Source: Polaribacter sp.
GTDB lineage: Bacteria > Bacteroidota > Bacteroidia > Flavobacteriales > Flavobacteriaceae
DNA length: 64,000 bases
Direction of reading: 5' to 3'
Assembly: GCF_965660385.1 (NCBI RefSeq)
Contig: NZ_CBFHZT010000009.1
Coordinates: 8,646 to 72,645, forward strand
The notes under the pieces are model-generated. The model was not told the origin of the DNA. It searched no databases and saw nothing but the letters and a program-made list of their open reading frames with translations. The position numbers were made by a program, and so were the translations under genes. Of this stretch, positions 38,761-47,600 are shown in pieces. Positions within the stretch are counted from its first letter, which is position 1. Every line of letters begins with the position of its first letter.

Positions 38761-39354
38761 TTAATTTATTAACTTATTTATCTGCAAGTACTGTAGCAAC
38801 ATAATTGTTCTTGCATCTACAATTTCTTCATTTTCAATCATTTTTAGAGCATCAGAAAAATTAGTTTCTAAAACTTCAATTTCTTCTCCTTCTTCAATTA
38901 ATCCTTCACCTTTTTCCTCTTTATCATTCTCAGAATATTCTGCGACATAAATATGCACTTGCTCCCACATTAAACCAGGTGATAAAAACACTTTAGCAAC
39001 TTTTTTTAAGTTTTTAATATGATACCCAACTTCTTCTTTCGTTTCACGAATTGCGGTTTCTTCTGCTGTTTCATTTTTATCAATTGCACCACCCACCACT
39101 TCAACACAAAAACCATCAGCAACACCAGCAACATACATTGGTGTTCGAAATTGCTTTGAAAGCACTACTTTTTTAGTTGATGGATTATATAATAGCACTC
39201 CAACTCCGTCATTTTTGCCAAAAACCTCGTGCGTTAAACGTGCGGTTTTTCCATTTTTAAAAGTAAAATCGAAACTAACTTGTTCTAATTTTGCCCAAAT
39301 GTTGGAAATTACTTTTGAGCTAACATTTTGTATTTTATTTTTAATTTGCATCAT
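38761..39354 (-). CDS. NUDIX hydrolase (NudK / ADP-ribose pyrophosphatase-like)
   Basis: Nudix box GAIDKNETAEETAIRETKEEVG, KQFR and IVDARTI. Start at 39354 or 39351 overlaps the ATPase stop. Confidence 0.88.
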   Translation of the reverse strand: MMQIKNKIQNVSSKVISNIWAKLEQVSFDFTFKNGKTARLTHEVFGKNDGVGVLLYNPSTKKVVLSKQFRTPMYVAGVADGFCVEVVGGAIDKNETAEETAIRETKEEVGYHIKNLKKVAKVFLSPGLMWEQVHIYVAEYSENDKEEKGEGLIEEGEEIEVLETNFSDALKMIENEEIVDARTIMLLQYLQINKLIN

Positions 39355-41302
39355 TAAAATTCTTTCTTGCTTCCAAATCAATATTTAATTGATTCACTCT
39401 TGCATCCACTTTTCGTTTAAAATCGGTATCTGCAATCGTGGCAACATTGTCTAAATACCTTACTACTTCTTGTCTTCTAATTTCAGAAAAATCCAATCCT
39501 CTCATATTGCTTTTCATCAATTCTTGCAACATATTCAACTTTGTTTTGTAATCTTTTTTGAAGTAGATTTCTGGATTTTCAAACCAATCTTTTTCCAAAT
39601 CAAAATCTGTTAATCGCAATGAAATTGCAGATTGAATGTTTCTAACATCTCTGGAAGAAAAGAATGGAAAAATCTTTTGAATCTCTTTGTATAAACTAGC
39701 AAAAAACAAATGTTCGTTGGTTTTATGTTTTTGAGTGGCTTTGTCATACGCTTGTAACACCCTTTCTTCTGATGGTTTTTCTACGGAATTTAAAACGTCT
39801 CCCATATTTTTTACAAAACCTTGATCTTTTAAGAAATGATAATTCTGCGGATTTTGCATATTCACAAAATCTGGAATGGTTTTTTCAAACTTTTTCCACC
39901 ATATATAATCTTGATCTAAAAAGTCATGTGCGGTTCTTGCTCCATCAATTTTAAATCTACCTTGCACTCTAGAAATTACAGCTTTATCGAGCATTTCTGG
40001 CAAGTTTGTAAATAAACCCACTGAAGAATTTCCGTAATTTACTGCGTAAGCACCTTCTGTATAACGTAAGAAAACACCAATCACTTCTTTAACTCCAGCA
40101 GAAACCCCTTGTGCAGTTCTTTCTTGTAAGTTATTTTCTGCATCATCAATGGGCGCAAAAATAATTTTTGTTGGGTCTTGCATTGGTTTCATCCATGCTA
40201 CCATTTTTTCTGCTGATCCTCCTTGAAAAGTAGAAATCAACGTATCTGGCATTGGGTGAAATAAAAACGGAATGTCTAAATGATCACAATGTTCTTTTAA
40301 ACGAGTAGCAATGGCTGCAATTAACATCGATTTTCCTGTTCCTGGAATTCCATATCCCATAAAAACAGGCATAAATCCACCTAATTCTTGAAACGGATTT
40401 TTCTGCGCCTCAAAATCGTAACTCAACATTCTTTCTGTTAATCTACGTGCAAAATGTTTGGCATCTTTATTTCCAACAATTTGTTCGAACTGAATTTTAT
40501 TGAAGGCTACACTTTTTGCGTTTCCTTGAAAAACATTCTCCCAACCTGAAATTGAAAAATCGGAATTTTCTAATTTATAAGTTCTATCTGTAATGGTTTC
40601 TATGTATTCTAAACTGCTTTTGCGTAACTGAATTTCATCAATTAAAGCCTCAAAATAGACTACTGTAAAATCTACTACATCTTTGTCTGTTTTAATGATT
40701 TCTGGGTGATCTAAATATTTATCATAATAAAACAAAGCACAAGCAATTCCTTTTAAAGGTGATAAAAAAGATACTTCTGGAATGCCAGCAAATTTTTGTT
40801 TCATCACAGACAAATCATTACTAACAAACGGTTTTAAATCGTGTAGAATTTTATAGGATAATGCAAATAATTGAAAAGCTGTCGCAGTTTGTAATTTACT
40901 CTCAAATTCTCTTTTTTGGGATGAATTTAACGCTGATTTTCGCTCATTTAAAGATGATAAACCTGAGGCATCATAATAAGCATCTTTAATCCAAATACCC
41001 AAAGTTAAGCCTTCTTGAACCGCGAATAAGGTTTGATTTAAATGTACAGGAATTGCAATGGAATTTGGTAATAATCGCTTTTTTAAGGCTAGAATAGTTT
41101 TGGAAACTGAAGTAACTTCAATATTGCTTCCATTATTTGCTCTTGACAAATAGAATAAAATTGATTCATCTTTTGCATCTTTTTCCCTGCTTTTTGCTTT
41201 ATTACCTTGCTCCCATTGAACAGATTTAATATAATCTGTTGCTTCATCACGAAGTACATCTAATTCGTTTAGTTTTATTGGAAAAGTTGAAGTGTGTTCC
41301 AT
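39341..41302 (-). CDS. AAA+ ATPase (classic AAA clade-like) with long N-terminal domain
   Basis: Walker A GIPGTGKS, Walker B variant APIDDAE, SRH-like TNLPEMLDKAVISR. Confidence 0.85.
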   Translation of the reverse strand: MEHTSTFPIKLNELDVLRDEATDYIKSVQWEQGNKAKSREKDAKDESILFYLSRANNGSNIEVTSVSKTILALKKRLLPNSIAIPVHLNQTLFAVQEGLTLGIWIKDAYYDASGLSSLNERKSALNSSQKREFESKLQTATAFQLFALSYKILHDLKPFVSNDLSVMKQKFAGIPEVSFLSPLKGIACALFYYDKYLDHPEIIKTDKDVVDFTVVYFEALIDEIQLRKSSLEYIETITDRTYKLENSDFSISGWENVFQGNAKSVAFNKIQFEQIVGNKDAKHFARRLTERMLSYDFEAQKNPFQELGGFMPVFMGYGIPGTGKSMLIAAIATRLKEHCDHLDIPFLFHPMPDTLISTFQGGSAEKMVAWMKPMQDPTKIIFAPIDDAENNLQERTAQGVSAGVKEVIGVFLRYTEGAYAVNYGNSSVGLFTNLPEMLDKAVISRVQGRFKIDGARTAHDFLDQDYIWWKKFEKTIPDFVNMQNPQNYHFLKDQGFVKNMGDVLNSVEKPSEERVLQAYDKATQKHKTNEHLFFASLYKEIQKIFPFFSSRDVRNIQSAISLRLTDFDLEKDWFENPEIYFKKDYKTKLNMLQELMKSNMRGLDFSEIRRQEVVRYLDNVATIADTDFKRKVDARVNQLNIDLEARKNFNDAN

Positions 41303-41306
41303 TTTA

Positions 41307-41469
41307 GTTAGCAGTTTTTCAGTTTGCAGTAAGCAGTCATCATCTGACTTTTCTTATTGTAATTTTTTTGTATATCTCTTTTCTTCTAATATTTAATATT
41401 AAAAATATTTTTTTTATTGGTTTACTTTTGAGTATTGACTGCTGACTGAATACTGTTTTACTGCCAACT
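41307..41469. repeat. Heptamer-periodic inverted-repeat intergenic element
   Basis: AGT recurs at 41306/13/21/28/35 and ACT at 41438/45/52/60/67 (mirror spacing). Arms pair at about 25 of 34 positions. Confidence 0.8.
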
Positions 41470-41479
41470 AACTAATATC

Positions 41480-41839
41480 TCACCTAAATTTACCAGGGTT
41501 ATTTATCATATAATTTAGAAGTTTTCCAACTTCTTCACTTTTGGCTTGTAAATCTAATTTCTTTTCTTCTGTTATATATTCACAAGCTAAAGCAAAATCT
41601 AACCATAATTGAGTTTCAGAGTTTTCGCTATCAGCATCAGACATTTTACTTTTAAAATGTTTTTCATATTGTCTTTTTCTATATCCTTCAGAAATATTAG
41701 AACAAACAGACCTACTAGAACGAATAATTTGAGAGGTTAAACTAAATAGTTCTGATTTAGGAAATATTTTTGTTAAATGAAAAATTTCCATTGCTAAACT
41801 AAACCCTTTTTGATATACTAATAATGATTTAAAACTCAT
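41480..41839 (-). CDS. Four-helix-bundle protein (23S rRNA-IVP / Avd-like family)
   Basis: FKSLLVYQK, FPKSELFSLTSQIIRSSRSVCSNISEG and SETQLWL motifs. Confidence 0.92.
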   Translation of the reverse strand: MSFKSLLVYQKGFSLAMEIFHLTKIFPKSELFSLTSQIIRSSRSVCSNISEGYRKRQYEKHFKSKMSDADSENSETQLWLDFALACEYITEEKKLDLQAKSEEVGKLLNYMINNPGKFR

Positions 41840-41847
41840 CTTTTTTT

Positions 41848-41968
41848 AGTCTAAAGTCTAAAGTTATCTATTCATTTTACTACTCTTTGTTAACTTAATA
41901 TTTTATTTTTTTTACTTTTATTTCACAAACAAGCTGACTGAATACTGGCTACTGAAATACTGTTTACT
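41848..41968. repeat. Heptamer-periodic intergenic element upstream of the four-helix-bundle gene
   Basis: AGT at 41848/55/62 and ACT at 41937/44/51/59/66. Shares the 15-bp GCTGACTGAATACTG with 41441-41455. Confidence 0.7.
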
Positions 41969-43001
41969 TAATCTCGCTCATTAAAATTGGCTCTTTTTCA
42001 AGTGTATCTAATGCTCTAGGTACTTGATTGTACAATAATTGTATAATTCTATGAGGCGCAAAAAGGTATTTTTTATTTTCCACTTCACTCCATTTTTGCA
42101 TGGTTTGTTTGGTAAAGAACCCACCTTCTGTAAACGTATTTCCTGAGAAAACTTCATCAATTTTTAGCGATAAAGCATACGAATCTAAAGACACCGTTTT
42201 TTCAGCTATTGCTTTTAAAATAGTATGTGTTATTTGGTTTTCATCTTTAGCAAAAACATTATGTAATGGCCCTAAATCGATTCTTTTGATATGTTTAGGA
42301 CGAATTTCCTCTAACTTACGATCAATATTATACGCCATTGTATCTAATGGCATTTCTCTATCAGCACTTTCTTTTAGTACTTTATAAATGGTTTCTTTAT
42401 CTTTTATGGCATCTTTTTTATCATAATCGAAATACATAAAACACACAAAAGGCCTATTATGACTTACATCATAAAAACTCCAACTTGTCATATATTCATA
42501 ATTTGCATTTTCTGGACCTTCTAAAATTTTTCCTTGTACAAAACGATTAAAAATTAAATTTTTATCGACAGAAGTATAGTAAATAATTGATGATGCCTTT
42601 TGTAATTCTCTATTTTTTATGGGTTGTTTTTTACGCAGAAGTGTATTTAAAAACTGTGATTTTAAAGTATCTGTATCTACTAAATCGTCAATATAATTTT
42701 CACGTAATTCTAAATCGTTATATAAAAAACGAAATTCTAAATAATTTGGAAAACCAGAATCCGTTAAATCAATTTTCAGGTCATCTTCTTCATCATACAT
42801 ATACTTAATACGCATTGCATCAATAGAATATAATAATAAATCTGAATATTGTTTAAAGAAAATCAACTCTTGTTGAGTGCATAAATGTTCTTGTTGCATG
42901 CTTACAATTAATTCTTTCAACACAAAATCTACCATTTTATGATAAAAAATGTATTGTTCTTTGGAATTTAAAACGGCAGAGTCTAAAGGAGTTGGAATCA
43001 T
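41964..43001 (-). CDS. Conserved hypothetical protein
   Basis: 345-aa ORF, co-oriented within the run. No family recognised. Confidence 0.75.
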   Translation of the reverse strand: MIPTPLDSAVLNSKEQYIFYHKMVDFVLKELIVSMQQEHLCTQQELIFFKQYSDLLLYSIDAMRIKYMYDEEDDLKIDLTDSGFPNYLEFRFLYNDLELRENYIDDLVDTDTLKSQFLNTLLRKKQPIKNRELQKASSIIYYTSVDKNLIFNRFVQGKILEGPENANYEYMTSWSFYDVSHNRPFVCFMYFDYDKKDAIKDKETIYKVLKESADREMPLDTMAYNIDRKLEEIRPKHIKRIDLGPLHNVFAKDENQITHTILKAIAEKTVSLDSYALSLKIDEVFSGNTFTEGGFFTKQTMQKWSEVENKKYLFAPHRIIQLLYNQVPRALDTLEKEPILMSEIK

Positions 43002-43006
43002 AGTTT

Positions 43007-43063
43007 AGTTAACAGTTGATAGTCATCAGTCTAAAGTTTACAGTAAAATACTGACTGCATACT
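43007..43063. repeat. Heptamer-periodic intergenic element
   Basis: AGT at 43007/14/21/28/35/42 (exact period 7), followed by ACT at 43050/54/61. Confidence 0.65.
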
Positions 43064-43067
43064 TATT

Positions 43068-44411
43068 TTAAGATAACATATCATCATTAGAAACATTTTT
43101 CTTTGGTGCTACTGTATTTTCAGCATCATCTAAAGTTGGTGTTTCTTTATCAGCTTTATAATAATCTTCAAAGATTTCTTTCATATCAATTCCATATCTG
43201 TCTGCAAAGTTTTTCTGAATATCTTGGTCTTTTCCTCTAATTTCCTGAAGCGCTTCTGCATAAGTACTGTACACACCTTTCATTACTTTTTCATGAACAG
43301 GAATATTATCCATCATTTCTTGACGAGCTCTAGCACTTGCAGAATGCATTGATGCTAAAGTAGCACCAATATGCTCATCTGTTTTAACACCTAAATGTTC
43401 TAAAATCGCAGCAAATTCTTGATCTGTTCTTGCCTTTAATGCAACAACATAACCATCATAATACTTTAACCTTTCTTCAGTATCTGATTTTAGTTTAGCT
43501 CTATGCGTTTGTAAATTTGATCTTAAAGAAGTTAACACTTTAATCGTTAAATTATGCTTGTGTACAAAACTATCTTTACTGGCAGCTAACGTTGTATAGG
43601 CATTTTTTAAACCTTCTAATTCCTCTACTTTTTGCTCAATTGAGGTCATTTTTCCAATCGCCTCAGAATATGCTGTAGATTGTTTGTCTGCAATTTCATC
43701 TAACTCTTGACGAGATTGTTTTAATAAGGCATATTGCTCCTCTAATTGATCTTCAATTGCTTTCTTTTTTTCTAATGCTTTTGTGTGATTTTTAGAAGCC
43801 TCAACAATGGCTGTTTTTAATTTTTCTTCTACTTCTTTAATTTCGACCTCCCTATTCTTTAAACGCGTTACAGCAGCTTGAGATTTATAAGAAAGTTCGC
43901 TTAATAAAGTTTCTACATCTGCACTTTCTATACGCTCTTGAAACATTGCTTTTGCCTTATTATCTGCACTTGCCCTTATTTTTTCAGCTTCAGCAAATTC
44001 TTGTTCTTCTTTTTTAATTTTACTTTTTCTTCCCCAAAGGTTATTCCACCAAGTATCTGGTTTATTTTGCGCATCTTCTAACTCAATTCTTGCACGTTCT
44101 AACTCTTTTTGAGCGTCATCAATAACTTTTTGTTCTTTAGCATTTAGTGATGAAAACTTTTCAAATAAAATTCCAACTTCATCTTGATAATCGGTTAGGT
44201 CTTTTATGGCATCTAATAGTGTAGTTCTATCTTTTTCTGCCATATGTACAACATCATCTAAAGTGGCATTCAATATTTTTTGACGCTGTTGAGGGTCATC
44301 TTCTTGCGCTAATTTAGATTTCATGGTATCTACAGCTTTACCCCAATTTACTTCTACTTTTTCAGTTTTTTCATTAGAGTTTGTTTCTAATAAATCAAAT
44401 TCTTCTGCCAT
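43068..44411 (-). CDS. Long coiled-coil protein
   Basis: 447 aa rich in Glu/Lys/Ala heptads, a WWNNLWG amphipathic motif and acidic termini. Confidence 0.8.
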   Translation of the reverse strand: MAEEFDLLETNSNEKTEKVEVNWGKAVDTMKSKLAQEDDPQQRQKILNATLDDVVHMAEKDRTTLLDAIKDLTDYQDEVGILFEKFSSLNAKEQKVIDDAQKELERARIELEDAQNKPDTWWNNLWGRKSKIKKEEQEFAEAEKIRASADNKAKAMFQERIESADVETLLSELSYKSQAAVTRLKNREVEIKEVEEKLKTAIVEASKNHTKALEKKKAIEDQLEEQYALLKQSRQELDEIADKQSTAYSEAIGKMTSIEQKVEELEGLKNAYTTLAASKDSFVHKHNLTIKVLTSLRSNLQTHRAKLKSDTEERLKYYDGYVVALKARTDQEFAAILEHLGVKTDEHIGATLASMHSASARARQEMMDNIPVHEKVMKGVYSTYAEALQEIRGKDQDIQKNFADRYGIDMKEIFEDYYKADKETPTLDDAENTVAPKKNVSNDDMLS

Positions 44412-44594
44412 ATAGTTTAGTTTTTTAGTTTAACAATTTTTAAATAAGCAATTTCGTTATTTTTTTTAAGTATATAAAACATAACTTCATTTATATGTAG
44501 CTTGAATTACAGAATTGTTACAAGTTTTTCATTTTTTCATTAATATTATTAATTTAATCTATGTTAAAAAAAATGAGTTACGATAGTTTTTAAA

Positions 44595-44602
44595 TATCTT
44601 TG
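44595..44602 (+). promoter_or_regulatory. -7 promoter element (TATCTTTG) for the T9SS cargo gene
   Basis: TAnnTTTG 17 nt before ATG 44620. Confidence 0.55.
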
Positions 44603-44619
44603 AGACTTTTTGAATTTAA

Positions 44620-47600
44620 ATGCGCTTAATGAATAAATATATCACCTTTTTAGTTCTGTTTTGTACATTACATCTATTTGCACAAAAAGAAGCTAACTTT
44701 TGGTATTTTGGCGAAAATGCAGGAATAAAATTTGAAACTAACACACCCGAAAGTATTAATGGAGTATTACAGACAGATGAAGGTTCTGCTTCAATATCTG
44801 ACGCAAATGGTGTTTTACAATTTTATACTGATGGAACAACAGTATTTGACAGAAATAATACTGTAATGCAAAATGGCACAAATTTATTAGGTAATTCTTC
44901 AAGCACACAATCAGCCATTATTATACCAAAACCTCTAGATGATAAAAAGTATTACATTTTTACAGTAGGAAATCAAACCAACAATGGAGGAAATGGTGTT
45001 GCCTACTCTGAAGTTGACATGCAGCTAAACAATAATTTAGGAGCTATTACTACAAAAAATAACTTTTTAAAAGGTTCTAGCAACGCTAGAGAAAAAATTA
45101 CTTCTGTAATTGGCAAAGAATGTAATACTTACTGGGTAATTACAACAGACCTTAGTAATTTTTATGCCTATAAAATAACTAAAGATGGTGTTGATAATAA
45201 TCCTGTTATATCAAATCATAGCTTTTTTTCAGGTCTTAGAGGGTATTTAAAATTATCGCCCAATGGAAAAAAATTAGTGAGCGCAACTCAAAATGGAGGT
45301 TGTTATATTTATGATTTTGACAATAGCAGTGGAATTATAACCAATGAAAGAGGTTTTGATTTTTCCCCACTTGCTTATGGAGTTGAGTTTTCAAGAGATA
45401 GTAAAAAGTTGTATATTAGTTATGGCGATTTTAGTCAATTTAATTTTCAAGGAGAAAGAAATCCCCCAAGCGATGCAAGTATAGTTCAATTCAATTTAGA
45501 TGCTAATAATGATAATATTACAGATAGTATAGATGACATCTCAAATAGTCGTAAAACAATTTACGAAACAATTTCAGGTTACAGAGGTGCCTTACAATTA
45601 GCAACTAATGGAAAAATTTATTATGCTAGAAGTCGTACCAATTTTTTGGGTGTGATAAACGCTCCAGAAAGAGATGCTAATCAGGTTAATTTTAATGAAA
45701 ATGGGGTAGATTTGGGTCAAGGTATAAGCACTGAAGGTTTACCACCATTTATCCAATCTTTTTTCTTACCCATAGAAGTTAGAGATTCTGATACAAATGA
45801 GGTAATCAACGATAAAAATTTAAAGTATTGTATTGGAGACTCTAAAATAATTATTCCTGAGCCAGTCACTGGTAACAATGTTCAATACGAATGGAGTTTT
45901 CTCAATGGAATAAACACTGTCTTCTTACAATCTTCAGAAACTTTAACTCTATCCAATTTAGATTTAAATGATTCAGGTTTATATTTATTAAAAATCACAT
46001 TAACAAATGAATGTGGAATAACTACTGAATTAAACGCCAAATTTAGTATTCAAGTTTTCGAACCTGCAAGCGCTACAAAACCTGTTGATATTTTTTTCTG
46101 TGATACAGATAGAGATGGTTTTCATCAATTTAACTTACAAGATTTAAAAAGTGCTGAAGTTTTAAATGGATTGGATACTAATGTTTTTGAAGTTTTATAT
46201 TTTAATAATATTAATGATGCTAATACAGGCAACAATGCTTTAGACAATCTTTTCACGAACCCTAATGAGTTTAGTTCACAAACTATTTATGCTAGAGTTC
46301 AAAATAAAAATGCACCAAATGCTTGTTTTGCAATTACCGATTTTATCTTAGAAGTTAATAATTTACCTAGTCCTGTTGAGCCAACACCTTATCGAATTTG
46401 TGATGACAATGAAAGCGGAAGTGATACTGATGGCGTTGTAAATACTTTTATTTTAAATACAAAAGATGATGAAATTCTTGGCACACTCAATAAGCAACAA
46501 TACGATATTACTTATCACACCTCTCAACTTGGTGCAGAAACAAATGATTCTACAACATTAATCGATAAAAATGCTAACTTCAGTGTTACCAATTCAAGAA
46601 CTGTTTTTGTAAGAATTGAAAACAAGGACAATACAGATTGTTACGATGCCAATACAACTTTAGAATTAACAGTTGATTCGTTACCGGTTTTAAAGGCTAA
46701 TCCTTTATTAGAACAATGTATAGCCGAAGGAAACACCAACCCAACCGTAAACTTAACTTTGGCCGAATTTAGCATTTCAGAAACTCCAAACGTTATTTTT
46801 ACTTATTTTGAAGATGCTGCAACTACAGTTCAAATTAGCAATCCAACATCATTCCCTGTTCAAGTAAATACTACCCAGTCAGTTTATGTTATTGTTACAA
46901 CCGAAAATAATTGTAGTAGAGATGTTATTGAGTTGAAAATTAATGTTGGTCAAACTCCAGATAACGCCTTCAACACCCTACAACCTCCAGTTTGTGATGA
47001 CTTTTTAGATGCTGATGGTAATGATACTGATGCTAATTCTGATACGGATAATATCACCAATTTTTCTTTGGATAAAGATGCAATTCTCAATAGTATCAAC
47101 TCTCCTGTAAACACCGAAGTTTTCTTCTATGAAAACGAAAGTGATAGAAATAATTCTTTAAATGCTATTGATATTACCAATTTTAGAAATGACATTTCTA
47201 AAAATGATGTAACTAATGTTCCTGAGGGAATTCAATTTCCTATTTATTATAAAATTTTAAGTACTATTAATAATGATTGTCAAGGTTTAGGGCAATTTTT
47301 CTTACAGATAAATGCAGTACCTTCTGCTGCTAATGTGCCTGATTTAGAACAATGTGATGATGTACTTGATGGTGATAATACAAACGGAATTGTACAAAAC
47401 TTCGACTTAGCAGCTCAAACTTTAGCCATTTTAAATGGGCAAAATCCTAATGATTTTACAGTTACTTATCACGATTCTGCTGCCAATGCAAATACTGGCA
47501 TGGCTCCTTTGCCTTCTCCATATGCAAATACTACTCCTAATTTGCAGACTATTTTTGTTCGTGTTACCAACAATGCAACTGGCTGTTTTACAGATCATAC

